DNA of 64,000 bases from Lingula anatina (GCA_051362555.1 CM120642.1:12276001-12340000), one strand, 5' to 3'; positions 38,401-51,790 are shown, counted from the stretch's first letter. The notes: generated from the letters alone by a model not told the origin. Program-made: numbers and translations.

Positions 38401-41400
38401 TTACACATTGCCTGAAATGTGTTTTATTTGAAACCCTACATTGGATGACTAAAATACCATCTGGTTGTCAGACTTCAATTTAATTCATTCCATCAGTGAA
38501 TGTGGTGACAGAAAATGTTTACGATGTAGAGTAGTGAATCAACCTAATGAAAAAAAAAACTTCTTTAATCCAATACCAGCTTATAAGTGAACCGATTTTC
38601 ATCTTTAAATAAAAAGTTTAACTTGTTTCAGTTTACACAAACTTCAATGAATTTTCTTTAGAGTCTCCCCTTGTCTGGTCACTTACCCAAGAGATTTTTT
38701 AACAAGAAATGGAAGAAAAACTGCTAATTAGTATCCCAACGGTCACTCCTGCAGCTGTTCAATCTACCTTGGCTGTCTCTAATGAGTCAATTAACCATGT
38801 TTTCTTTTAAGAGAGCACTCAGCAGATCTTATTACTTTGACATTAACCAATGGCTTTAACAGAAAAAAAAAACATGGAGGAAAGGCAGACTGTGCTCCTG
38901 CTAATTTATCACATTTTCTTGGACAAAATTTTACAATGTGCATTCTCTAAATAGTTTAGCAAGATTTACAGTCTTGATATACAGTTGGACTTTAAAAGAA
39001 TAGTGCATACTAAATATTGTAAACAATTTATAAACATTCATATCAGGGGGGGTAAAAAAGTCTGGAAGACAATCTTAGGCGGAAGGTTTTTCCTATATGG
39101 AAAAAATTAAGTTCTGAATCCTTACAATAATATAAAACATTTCAAACTTTCAATGAGCCAGAGTTTCCATAACAATTCTGTTTTTCAGATTCAAAGGCCT
39201 ACCTCTTTCAGTGTCTGGCAATCGCATCAAAATGACCCAATTTCTCTTAGCAGCACCAAAGGTCTGAACCACATCCAACCAATTCCTACATAACTAGATA
39301 TCTACTTGGCATTTCCCTCCGTCTTTCTTGCCTAAAATAACACCCAGGATATTTTGCCAAAAAGAACAGTCCATTTCATACTGTGTTCCAGGCTTACCTT
39401 CCCCTTTTTCTTCTCTAAGCAACACTTTGCTACGCATACTCTCAACCTGACTGTGAGGTACATAAGCAACCAGTCACAGCTCAAATATCCTCTGATGAAT
39501 CACTCCAGTTTTCTCCCATGTTTTCTTAGTTTCCCATAACAAATGTCGAGGAAGTACTGCTATCAATAACTACCGTCATAACACAGAAGCTGCTCTGTGC
39601 AGGTTCACTGGCAATAGCCAATTGACTGAATGATAATATTATGGAGGCTTAACTAGGTGTGGAGTGGGGGGTGGGGGTGATTTTCCAGGGGGGGGGGGGA
39701 GAAAGGAGATAAATCTGGGGGCAGTCAAAATTAAAAAAAAAATGAAGTGATGTATGTTCAAATATCTGTTTATGTGAGTAGAAATCCTCAATACCCTATG
39801 GCTTACGTAATATTTTAAATATGTATACTTTAAGATACATCTCATGTTTTGGATAATCTATGGGTTACAGTACAATAACTTCTACAGCTGTAAAACATAA
39901 CCATGACAAACAATTCACCCAAAGCCTAACTCTAGCACTGGTAATCACCAACTTCAATCAATTTCACTTTTCATTCTGCTCCTCAGAGCAATATATCATG
40001 TTAAGAAGCTTCACAATAATCACTATCATGGACCCATAGTAAGGTCTTCTTAGACAAATCAATATGCCAATTAAATCAACAAAACAAAGTGCCATCACTT
40101 AAATGGCCATTCAATATTCCTCCTGCACACTTTGTTAAGTGTAAATCAAGGAAACAAATGGCTGTCAAAGCTAATGGCCTAGTAAAGTTTATGACATAGA
40201 ATGGAACTGTATTAGATGGGCTGTCAGGAGGAACTTGGCAGTATAGTATGGAGACAGGAGACATGAGCTCGTACGAAACAGATCAATTCTTGATACCAAA
40301 TGTGTTAGTTGTGCCCCTTGGCAAATAAACAGACTGACAGTACACTACCCCTGAATCATCCCAGCTTAGGTATTTTTCTTCAAATACCAAAGAAAATCTA
40401 CATTCAACCAGGAAAATTTTCTTTGGTTTGAGATAATTCAAAAGATTTTATTAGCTTTAAGCATTTACTTATAAACTTGGCAAATAATAATGACCAGACT
40501 GTGTCCTGGAGTGACTCAGGCACAGCTAAGTGTCCCAAGGTGGTCATGAAATGGTAAAGTACAGCACAGAGCAGAAATGCCATGAATTTCAATCTGCTTG
40601 CCACCAGGCCCAGGTCATACATCTAAGGATACTGTCAATGCCAAATATATGTATCCATATATACTTGCTTGAAACACAGCAAAGGAAAAGAAGTGTATAC
40701 CACCATTTATGAGTAAAAAGGGAAAGATATTTACAGTGAGACATTTGTCTGATGTTTGCAATGACAGGCATATTGTGTTACATTAAATGAACATAACTAT
40801 TTTTGCTTTCTGAGTAATCTACCTTTTGTACAACTCTTATATACTTGGTACTATTTAAACTATCAATCAACTCAGGTACACATGATTCTGATATGAGCAC
40901 GACTTACTTTTTCATTTTCCTTGCATTGTATTTGACATCATAGGCTATGCTCAACAATCTCTCATAATCTTGTTCATATTTGGCTGGCATATCTTTCTGA
41001 AAGAACTGGAATGAAAAGAATACATTTTTTAAAAAATTGGATTAAAACAGTATCAAAATACACTGCCAGACTTCAACCAAAGCTGTTGACCGGCAATTTT
41101 ATAACGTGAGTGACTGAGTGTTTCTTCAAAAATTGCTCTCTGCAAAGACACACACCAATGCTTGATTTCTCTTCTTTCAATGCAGAGGGCAGTGTACATG
41201 TATCTCCCATTCTACCTCAGATGCTGACATTCACACTTAAATATGACCACTTTCTGATATGTTTTAGACTCGATATGAAAAAAGATTGAACCTACAGTTG
41301 AACACATCTCATGAGCAGAGTCATGAAATGTGTTAGTTGAGATTAAGAAGCTGGGAACACAATGCAATGCTGTGCTTACCTTGAGCATTCCTTCCATATC

Positions 41401-44400
41401 ACAGGTCATCAGCTCAATCTGGCAGTCCTGCAGTATGGCAATACCAATCTTGAAGATGATCTCCATACCCTGAAAGAAAGGTAAATAAAATCAGTGACAC
41501 TTTTGTACCAAACTCTGCTTTCAGAAGATGAACTATGTTCATCGGTCTTTTGGTGTACTGACTGAAAAATTTCTTAATTGTCTTTTATAAAATTCCTGAC
41601 AACTTCTGCTGTTTGGAGTAACAAGACTTACAACTAAGTGACATGACAATGAGAATATTTCTATTAATTTAAGTTAAAATGCATTTCTACTATAAACATT
41701 ATATTTCCATAAATCCTGACACAATACTGGCAGATTTTTATTGATCCTTAATCAAAATAGACTTAATGTTACCTCAGACATGTTCAAGTTCATTAAATGT
41801 AAATGGCATCTCTAATGATTCAGACTTACCTCTGATATGTGCATCACTTTAAATGACATCTCTAATGGTGTAGACTTACCTCAGATATGTACAGGTCCAT
41901 CACTCTAAATGACATTTCTAATGGTAGAGCTGTGGTAAACAGAGTCAGAAACCAGTGAGAGGCGTACATTGATGTGTGGAAGCTTTGTGACTGGAAATGC
42001 ATGTACAGACTTGGGAGCTGATCCTGGAAATAAAAAAATTGGATAATTTTGTATACTATTCTTATGTGGCAGTTTTAGAATTGAAAATACAGATTAAATG
42101 TACTGATTTAGGAGATCCTGGAAATGAAAAAATAATATTTTTATGTAAACTGATGAACAGTAATTAATGTGTGGAGACTTAGCATCTAGAAATGTATTTA
42201 CAGAATTGGAAGCTGACCCCAAAAGGAATTGCATTGATATTGATGTTAACTTGACAGTGCCAATTATCAACCATCTTCAATGAAAATATTTCACATGAAT
42301 AATACATATACCAGTATATTCAACCCTTAGTATCCTACATATATTTTCTACAAAAGCTTTGAAGATATCACATCCGGCCCATGCCATTAAAATATTTCTA
42401 TGATACTAATTATTGTGTTCACAAGCAAAATCAGCTCCTACTCTCATTAACCTTCATACAATTTCTGTTTTAAAAGCAAATTATCCATGAACACCTCATG
42501 CCCTAGCAGTTCTACCAGGTCATAGTAATCTTACCCTCAAATCAATGACCTTTAACACATAATTCCACAATTTAGCTCTGTTCACAGATCAAAGATAGGA
42601 AAGATGACAGACAATGACTTATACACATGAAATGTCACACTTAGGGTGCATTCCCAGAGATTTAGATCGATCCAGAGATTTAGATTTAGATCGACCTAAC
42701 TCCCTTGGGGTTCAAGCTAAATTGCAGTCAGCCAAGCGAGCACCATAGTTAAATACCCCCTTACAGCTTTTAGTTGGAGGGACAGACGCTTAAGCCGGCT
42801 AAACTGACAGTAAACTAGTGAGACTCCCTACTGGGATAGATCGATCTAAAATCTATGGGAATGGGGTCTTAGTGGTGTTATAGTCTAGGGTGACATTTCT
42901 CTTGAAGAACCACAAATTACTGAGATCTGCCTTTCTTTAAATGTGATGTCTCGAGAGATAAACCAGCAGCCAATGGTATTTCTCTGGTCTAGCCTATACT
43001 AATGTGATATGCTCAGTTTTTTAACAATACATCAATATTATACAGCTATGGCTAACATTAGCTTTATCTTTAATGGTTTGATAACAGGCATATTTCTCAA
43101 CAACTAAAAACAAATGCCAAGTGCTTTCAGACATTCGCTAGCGCTATACTAGAACGAACTCAACAGCTAAAAAATTGCAAGATTAATCATACTTATGGAA
43201 ATATGTACACATGATAGACTAATACCTACTGCAATGTCACTCCAAACGCAAAGACTCTTTCTTGTCCATTGCATATTTATTATTAACTTTTAAATGTCAA
43301 ATTCCTTAAAGCAGATTGGCATTTTGCTACATGCTCCGCTTAACACAACTGTTTTGAGAATTGAATTTGCAGTAAATACATCTGATAAATGGATTAAGTA
43401 ATCTAGCAGAAGTTCTATTGAAATGTTATACTGTGATGAAGTATATGAATATATAAAGAGTGTAAGGAGTTTTTCTAAATTTAGTAAGAAAGGTATATTA
43501 GACAAATCAGGAAAAAAATTACCACTGAGTGTGTATACCATTTACCTGTTAAGATGTGACATACAAATGCAGACTGTGTTTAATTCTCAACCAACAAACA
43601 TTATAATACTAACTCACCTGCACCATGCACTCAAGCTGGAACATACAAAGTCCTAACTCTGTCATGCTGGGTTTGAACAGTTCTCTCAGTCTGTATTCCT
43701 TCATCAGCTTCACCAGTACTGCAAAAGCTTCTTCCTCTGGCATCTACTCAGTACAAAATATGGTTTGTCATGACACTCTGATCAGGGGGTATTCTCTTCT
43801 CATTTTTAACTTAATAACATTTTTAACATTTTTCACTTTATAAGAGGTGTTAACATGTAGAAGAGTAATGGACAGACTGATAGTTTTAAAGAATAAAATA
43901 ATGTGAGGCAAGTCTTTCTCTGAGCATAATGACAGTGTCTGCCTTTTTGTTTCAACCTCTGAAAATCTGAAGCATTTACATGCCTGATATCAAAAACATT
44001 CAAACAAATATCAATAGTTACTGAAATTCTAGGAAAAAATTTATTTTAAACAAGATGCTGTATTTTACTATGCTGATTATATAATAACCACTTTGACATA
44101 CCAGCATTAGCAGCAGTCCCACAATGAAGCAACTTCCCTGGCAATATCCCACCTCTCTGTCCACTATGGAGTAAGCCTGGAATACACACAGGTAGCCTCT
44201 TATACTTTTCTGCAGAAGGATATTGGCAAATAAAGGGTTCCCGCAGAGTTGGATCAATGTACATAGACTAACAGTTTCAATGGGAATAAGCCCTTAGTTT
44301 CTTCAACCATGAGAAGTACAAGAAGCTTCATGTTTAATTAATAAAAATACTAAAACACTTTTTAATTTGATGGAATAATTCAGCCATTATCCTTTATGGC

Positions 44401-47400
44401 TACAGTTAAACATCTTTTAACCAAACATTCATTTTTAATATTTTCTTCACTTATTGCATACATTAACTGTGTCTCCATGACCTAGTTACCTTCATAACAT
44501 TAAAGAGGCTCTCCTGCCCCAAGCCATCCTTGTCTTTAAACAGAGAATGTTCCGGGTACGTCCTGGCGATATCACGTTTGATGAGTTTCTCGCAAGGAGA
44601 TGTCTTCTTCAGGTATTCTGCGTACAGCTCCTTGTTCTCGGAATCATGGGCATTACAGACGTGTTGCCATGCCAACCCTCTGAAGTGATGTGGAATGCCT
44701 TTCCTTACGAGATCCTGCAAGAAAGTAAATGTCATTATGTTACACTGGGTATTTGTATACATCTAAAACCAGAGATAAAGAGTTGTATTATTTATCATGA
44801 AGCTTAAAGGTACATACGAACCGAGCATCGGTGGAGCGTGGATTCCCATTAACACATGTAAACCACTTCTACTAGTTTCTTATACGACTCAAATAAATTC
44901 ACCATGTCAAGGGATAAACTGAACAGATCACACGATCAGCCATAAAAGAGCTTGAGATTGCTCCTTTCTTTAAATTTTTGGTTGTAAATTTAACCTACTT
45001 CCGTGACCTACTTTTCTGCCCCATTGACATACAGCATAGAATGCTAGCAGCAAAATCCATTCAAACATCATTTTGGGGTAAAATTAAACAATGCCTTTTG
45101 GTAATTCTCTTTGTTATACTACTTGAAACTATATGCTGGCATTTGGCTTGTTTTTGTGACAAAAAATTGACTTTGTATGCATCTTTAAGTAATAAAAACA
45201 GATTCAGCATCCTAACCCCCCCCCCTTCCACCCACTTTTTTAAATCTATTTGTTAGTAAATAATTAGAAATACTGGCCCACTTCTCAATCACCTCAATCA
45301 CTTTTAAACTGAACAAGGTGACAGAACTATCGTCTACATGACAAAGATAACCAACTTACCCTGATATATGTCTTCTTCTTTGCATATGTCTCCCAGTCTC
45401 CTATCACCTTCCCCCAGACAGCATACTCATCCTGGGGGCTAGCTGTAATATCATAGAATACCAGACCATATCACTGTCAAGTTGGTATGTACTACTAGTA
45501 CTACTAGTACTAGGAAGTTAACGATAGGATACAGGATTATGGGACCATTCCCAGACACTATCGGACTAACTGTGGATCAACCTATCTCTGAGAGGATTCT
45601 TGCTAAATTGCAATCAACTTAAGCACCTAAGATGTCTGTCACGCCTACTGAAGCTGCTAGGGGGTAATTAATATCGTTTAGCAGCTTCAGTAGGCGTGCC
45701 AGAGATCTAAGCCACTTAAGTTGATTGCAATTTAGTGAGAAACCCCTTAGAGATGGATCAATCCTGTTAGTTCAATCTAGGTATGAAAACCCTGTCTATA
45801 ACACTATAAACTGAACTTTATGCAAACTCCTTTATCCAAACATCATTTGGTTGCACTGACCTTTAACAATATAATCACTCCATCACCTACCATATTGACG
45901 ATACACCTACTTGATGTAGAGGTTTACTGTAGGGAAACATTAGTCTTTTACTAATCATATCAGAACAATCTGATTCTGCATATTTAATTGTTAAAACAAT
46001 TATCGCAGGCATACATCATCCTTAGGGCGGTCAGGTACAGCCTAATGAAGACACTGTACACATTTCTACACAATTAGGGACTGATAAATATTTTAATATT
46101 CACCTAATAACACAGGCAATAAAGAATGTCTATTGATTGAGTATGATCATATATATAAAGAATAAGGTACAATGTGTTGTTTCTATCAACAATGCAAGAC
46201 AGATAAGATCAAAAGTAAAATAAACAGGATCTAAATGTTGAAAAGATACTAAGAGGAGATGAACTGTACGTACATGTAATACCGCATACATTACTTGAAT
46301 GTCCTGATAAGTAAGTACGGTAAAGTGCCATGAATTTCGAACGGCTCTTGAATTTCGAACGATCTTAAAATCGGCCGTCTTGAGTTTTTTCTGGACCATG
46401 AATTTCGGCCAGTCAGCAATTTTGCGCGATCTTGATTTCGTGAATTTCGTACACCTTAAAATCGGCCACCGGGCTATTCTCGCGCTTGTAAAGATCTAAC
46501 AGTCGGCAATGTTGCCCTAGCGTACCTTCACCTGAGTACTACGTGTGCGGCCCAAGGTGCAAGATAACGATCAGTACAGTTAGTTTAGGACGCTAAACAA
46601 CATTCGTCATATCCATTCATTCAGATAACAGGAGAATCTATTAAGAGTCGTACTGTCGGGCTGTTGTTTCTTTACCGCAGTATTCGGTGTGAGATAGCGA
46701 TCGGTAGTTTTGCTGAGGCGCACAATAGCATTGTTAACAGTAGAGACTTCAGTAACAGAACAAAAGAGCAATATTAAGAGCTGCAATAAAGATTACCATT
46801 ATTGCTTTCTTGTCTCGCTCAGATCGTTCACGATCTCCCGCTGACGATCTTCCACTAATGAGGTCCCTTGAAATGTACAAATGAAATGAAAAATATTTTT
46901 AAAAAATATAAATTCTAATGGGGAGGGATAGAGGGTTAAAAACAATCGAGAACGATCTCCGGCTGACGATCTGCCGCAAACGAAAGCCACTGAACGAGTA
47001 TGAGCTTTCTCGTTTCACTCGGATTGCGACGCTGATGATACGAAAATTGCGTTCTCTTCTCGCTCTTTGGCTTACGAAGTCTCTTAAACAAATATGAAAA
47101 ATTGCCTCCTGGTCTCTCTCGGATTGCGAACGATCTCTCGCTGAAAATTTGAAATTTTCCTTTTTGTCAATCAGCTTTGTCAGTTGCCGTGCGTATGAAG
47201 GTCCGGAAGGTGTCCCTTTTCACAAATTGGCCTGTAGTTTGCTTAGTGTTTTGTACCGCATGAAAGTCACTCTTGTCACTGCTGCATACGGCGTGGAATG
47301 TGTATCTTAAGGTTCATAGAAACATTTTATTGTGTTTTGTAAGCTTTAGGAAGTAGTTTCGTCGTGACTGAATATCAGCGTACACTACAAAGTAGTACCA

Positions 47401-50400
47401 TTCATCTGTGACGCATCATAAAAGCTAGGTACGTCAAATTACTCTAAGAAAATTTCTTACAACGTCCACGGCTGTCCCGACAAGCCAAGACGTCATTAAA
47501 AAAAAAGTCGCAAGCCGTCTAGCCGTCTTTGAAAATATAGGCCGTCCGGTGATGTCAGCGGCCGTCCAAATGTCGACTGGACGGTTCGCTGGGAAAAGCC
47601 TTGCTCATAAGGGTATATTTATTTAACTAGGGGCTTATTGACATCACCCAACTTACATGCGTGTGCATGCCTCCCAAAATTATATTAAAGGATAAAATTG
47701 TAATATATGTAAGTATAATTGTTTGTAAATTTTGTAAAAATTGCCCATTAGTTTGGAGGGTTAAGCTGGATCAAGTCCGTGTCAAAATTCTTTGAAACTT
47801 TGCAGGAAAAATCAATCTTCCTTTGTTTCTCTGGCTCCTTGTTTATCCCGATGATCAGATTTATCTAGTGCCCCCAGGTCTGCTGGAGCAGCTCTTTGAA
47901 ATAATACACAGGTAGATTTTTATCTGAGATAAATATCGCGTTCGATACACTCAAGACAAAAGCTACCTGTGAGCTGAAGGGCACTTTACCCTTTAATTAA
48001 GAGGTAAAGCAAGTTCCAGCTAGATGGACGATTAAGATCGGACTTCAGATGGTAAATAGTATTGTTTACCTCAGTTCTGTGAAAGCTAACGAGAAGGGTG
48101 TCAGAACAATGGTGCATATATAAATTATACAGAGAATTTGTACATTCAGGTGACATTAACTTATAATCGAAGGGGATTTTCGATAACATTCCTTGAAAAG
48201 TACACTAGATTTATAGAGAATAATATCATGGTTGACCAAAAAATTTATACGCACAGTGTATCCGTGCGTATGCCTGGTTACGCCCCTGTCGCAAACCAGC
48301 AAACCATATCCTGCTGACTACATGAAAATTGCCTTCTAGCATGGACAAAAAGTCCAAGCTTCTATGCTTGCTCGGATCGCTGACGATCTCTTGCTGACGA
48401 ATATAGTAACGAAGTCCCTTGAACTAGTGTGGAAATTGGCTTATTATCGCGCTCAGATCGCTCACTATCTCCCATTGACGATCTTCGAGTCCCTTGAACG
48501 AATATAAAAACTGCCTTTTCGGTTTACTCTAGATTACCTATCTCTCGCGTTTGTTTGAAGATGACAAAACGTACACGCTTTTCAAATGCGTACATTGACG
48601 CAACTATGCGCCAGGAAATCAGTTGCTGCTGCTGGTTAAGATTGGGTTGCCTGAGCGAAAAAAAAAAAAAAACGGCCCTGCACCCCCCCCCCCCCCCCCC
48701 CCCCAAACCTAGTATATTTGATCGCAGACAACAATCAGCGGTCATCTTGGTCGCAGCGCACGACGGAGAGAGACCGTAATACACAGTTCGGCTGCCGTGG
48801 CGAAGGCTACCTGTGCGCCGCACATACCGATCTGCGGTCGTAGTGGCCTCCCCGCACGGAGGAGAGGCCATAGTGCCGAGGCCGGCTTCTGCAGCGAAGG
48901 CTACGTATGCGTCGGAGACACCGACCCGCGAACGGCGAGATGAGGACGCATTCGCGCGTAAAGCTCCGCCCGACTTTAACGGTAAAGGCAACGAACCTGG
49001 TCGCGGAAGACACTTATCGCAGATGAAGGCTACCTGCACGTGCGCCATAGACACTGATCGGCTGTCGTCTCCGTTTCAGTGCACGGAAAGGAGCAACGGT
49101 AACACTAAGCTTCCATAGTAAAGGTTATCTGGCCGTGGCAGACGCTAATCGTCGGCCGTCTCTCCCTCCGTCCACTCCCGTTCTGAGCGCCAGGATCGTT
49201 TTTGAAAAACGACACTAGTTTCTGGCTGTCAGAATCGCTTTTGAAAAACGACACTACTGATAACGATGCTGTTTTGCGGCCCTACACAAGAGTACCGCTC
49301 TATCTATGGGCCATACACAGTGATCGTGTGAAAGTACGTGTATACCTTTGGTCGCAATTACCGACACTCACACATCATACATTATGGTAACTCTAAATAG
49401 ATCGTCGGGAGAAGATAACAGAAGGCCTAGCGACGAACAGACAACTTCCGGTCAAAATTGACAGAATTCCATGAAATTCGAACTTTCAGGAGTTTTGAGC
49501 ACCTCCTTTTCATGAATTTCGGCCAGAACGATCTTTTCCCAAATTTAATTATTTTTTACTGTTCGAAATTCATGGCACATTACCGTAGCTTCTTATGAGG
49601 CAACCTACATGTTTCTCTTAATCATTCCAAACTTGCCTTGCACACAAATTATCATTAGCACACGTTGCTGTGCCAGCTGATAGGTAGACGCAGGCAATGA
49701 CCTCTTCAATCATAATTACATCAAGGTCATTTTGATGACAAGGTCACTTTGTGAAACAAAACATAGGCTAGCCAGGCATACAAGGACTGCCTAGTTAATG
49801 TATTCTAATCATTATCATATATTAAGTGCCAAGAACACTTACACTGGTCATCCAGGGTAAGATTACTGAGGGTGCTGGTGATGGAGTTACTGGAGATGTC
49901 TGACCCTTTCCTAGAGTGACCAGATACTGACCCTCTGGATGTGGTGCTGATCAGGGACTTGGTGTCTTGTTCAAATTGCCTGAGTGAAAAAAATAAACAA
50001 TTATTTATTGTCATTCAAGATTGGTATATCAGGTCCTTTGGTATATGAACCTTTCATCCAAAATACATTTGTGACCATTTTCCATGTATCTATTCTATCT
50101 CAGAAGTAAATGTTTTGAACATACCAGTAAGTGCTGTAGTGAATAAAAGACATCTCAATTACTATTTCGTATATATATTTTGTCCATAAATGAAATTTTC
50201 TCACAAAAATGTATTCAAACATATTCAAAAACTTTGTACAGGTTAGAGTCTGGTGAGATTTGGTAGGGAGAGAAGGTAAGGGGAGGATAAGGGTAAAGTT
50301 ACATCACTGTACCAAAACTGGTGTCAATTTTACCTGTTTGCTTCCTCCAGTTTTGCCAGCAGAGCCAGATCCTCTGGCGTGGCAGACGCCATCATATCAA

Positions 50401-50428
50401 CCGGTGCCTCCCCATTGGCTGCTGTCAT
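23856..50428 (-). CDS. EVI5: EVI5-like TBC-domain Rab GTPase-activating protein with a C-terminal coiled coil, ~870 aa, 19 core exons
   Basis: Exons 50428-50334, 49979-49843, 45442-45360, 44714-44490, 44176-44102, 43743-43618, 42023-41880, 41469-41380, 41005-40908, 30212-30152, 29954-29901, 27241-27068, 26859-26707, 26495-26349, 26055-25891, 25641-25495, 25224-25129, 24682-24596 and 24311-23856 join in frame (2613 nt). Motifs include LLAKLEEANR, LVRKGIPHHFRG, IKRDIARTYP (TBC Arg finger), VGYCQG (Gln finger), MYASHWFLTLF and QEELIAVKLREAE. An in-frame stop upstream of the ATG supports the start. Confidence 0.95.
27698..27715 (-). CDS. EVI5: Candidate EVI5 microexon (18 nt QLDKSH, or 15 nt via a NAGNAG acceptor)
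   Basis: Minus strand reads tcttcctaatttctgcctcacag|CAGTTGGATAAGTCTCAC|gtaagt: consensus donor, phase 0, frame-preserving. Confidence 0.6.
28617..28676 (-). CDS. EVI5: Candidate 60-nt EVI5 cassette exon (SIPKKDVVKFPRKMPSLLKK)
   Basis: Acceptor catttgttgtctctag and donor AAG|gtgagt; phase 0, no stop codon. Confidence 0.55.
29430..29511. repeat. Interrupted (GT)n microsatellite
   Basis: Two GT runs separated by short interruptions. Confidence 0.9.
30560..40780 (-). pseudogene. Heavily decayed EGF-repeat + REJ + GPS (polycystin-1/REJ-like) gene relic in EVI5 intron 9
   Basis: Stop- and frameshift-broken minus-strand peptides occur in N-to-C order. EGF-like: GGKCQVDI*LC (39320-39288), IGSF*CDCQ (39241-39215), LPGISAPKCCE (35254-35222), CQCECSPG...FTGELF (34679-34623). 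REJ-like: GIPVYIFSPVA*KEDG/TAQVVV (33601-33510), SSLSLSQASLKPNRIY (33417-33361), VSVNKAAYCGKLEP (~32628-32587), ILLS*QWID (32504-32478). GPS-like: LYWDTNE (30583-30563). Boundaries are approximate. Confidence 0.4.
41759..41925. repeat. Tandem triplication (~50-60-bp unit) of the EVI5 exon-7 3' end plus its donor site
   Basis: The unit agacttacctc.gatatgt...catcact.taaatgacat.tctaatgg occurs at ~41759, 41822 and 41872 (the real junction). Confidence 0.8.
42644..42868. mobile_element. PIF/Harbinger-like palindromic MITE
   Basis: Ends gggtgcattccca / tgggaatggggtc, with a 3-bp TSD TTA on both sides. Related to the 45541 and 53957 copies (ctaaattgca, gatcgatc motifs). Confidence 0.65.
45541..45796. 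mobile_element. PIF/Harbinger-like palindromic MITE
   Basis: Nearly full-length imperfect palindrome (ctaaattgcaatcaacttaag...cacgcctactgaagctgcta / tagcagcttcagtaggcgtg...cttaagttgattgcaatttag), with 3-bp TSD TAT. Confidence 0.75.
46318..49585. mobile_element. 3.27-kb non-autonomous Tc1/mariner-superfamily (pogo-like) element in EVI5 intron 2
   Basis: The 25-bp TIRs CGGTAAAGTGCCATGAATTTCGAAC and GTTCGAAATTCATGGCACATTACCG differ by 1 mismatch, with a TA TSD on both sides. Repeated subterminal gaatttcg motifs, a CpG-rich interior and no transposase ORF. Confidence 0.88.
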
Positions 50429-51674
50429 GGTGACCCGTTGTCAAATGACTTTTAGGAGTTTGGGTTGGTTAAATCTCTTCCCTTACATTTTTGTTGCTTT
50501 TTTTAAGTGCAAAGTATCTGGAAAACATACAAGTTACAATGAAAACATTACATGGCAGACATAAAGAAAATATGCATGTAAAGAAAAAATGTGTTAAATC
50601 ATGCTTTCAAAACTCACTTGATTTGATAACTGAACCAGATATGAAATGGGATATTAATGATGATTTTTATTAAAATAAACCATCATGGGTATCCAGAAAG
50701 TGATTAAGCATCTGGATGCTATTGTTTCTACAAATTAAAAAGTTAACCTTAATTGTGTTTCATGCGAATTCATAGTGAATGACAAAAGTTGTTTGAATTT
50801 TTTCAAGAAACATGGCATTCTAGCTAGAAACACAATATTTCCATGTACATGCATATTAACCTTAGTAAACTCTCATGTGCCCTTTTTTTTTTTTAATACA
50901 CATAACATGCCACTTCGATCTTTAGTGCAGCCCACATACAGAATCTCAAATTGTCTAAATATAATGCCAATAGTGTCATAAAAATATGATAAAAATATAA
51001 TAATAAAGGTAATTTATAAATATGATTGTGTAAAATATCCCGAAAAGCATCAAATTGCAAACCCTAATTTTGCTGTTAAATGCAGCGAGTCCTAGTTCAT
51101 TTCTTTCAATAGTATTGTTGTTTGTGCCAAATCTATTCTTTTCTTGTCATTTTTTACCCAAGAAGATTAATACTATCTGCTATTAAACTTGATTGTGGAC
51201 AAACACACTACATATGAATGACTGAGCTTACAAGCTTCCATTCCATCAAAAATGAACACAAAACATGTATGTTTCCATGACAATTAATTGTACATATCCA
51301 ATAACAACAATTGTGAACAAATCCATCTCCTCATGTTCCGAGGTATTAGACCAAGTATATATCACATCTCTTGAAGTATGCATACTAAATATTGCATATC
51401 AACATCCACAGTAACAGATATTACAATTATTACTTTTTTTCACTACAGCACTCTGCACTTTACTGTGTGAGTCTACTAGAAGCAAGTAGCTTTACAACAC
51501 ATCCTTACAGTTAAAACAGAGTACCTGCTATTTCAGAGGTCTTCCTCTCAATATCATCAGTGTTTTACACAGAGCTTGTCTGTTTTTCATTATGTACCTG
51601 TACCCCCTACTGTGGTAACAGTTGTTCATAATCTGCCTAGTATTGAACAGACTTCTATACTTTGCACACTGAAA

Positions 51675-51790
51675 CACACATACGCACACACACACACAAA
51701 CATACGTGCACATGAATATTTACACATGGGCAAACATACTCATGCATGCACACACACACACACACATACACTTGTGCACACACATACACA
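51675..51790. repeat. Degenerate (CA)n microsatellite tract
   Basis: Several interrupted CA runs. Confidence 0.8.

Noticed and set aside
44804-44974. TTAA-flanked segment resembling a Kolobok/piggyBac MITE
   Set aside because: The ends match for only ~6 bp (ttaaag/ctttaa), too little to call TIRs.
48524-49118. Overlapping 176-aa and 101-aa ORFs in the GC-rich transposon interior
   Set aside because: The longer ORF runs through poly-C and poly-A tracts, both strands are open as expected from high GC, and there is no DDE or other domain motif.
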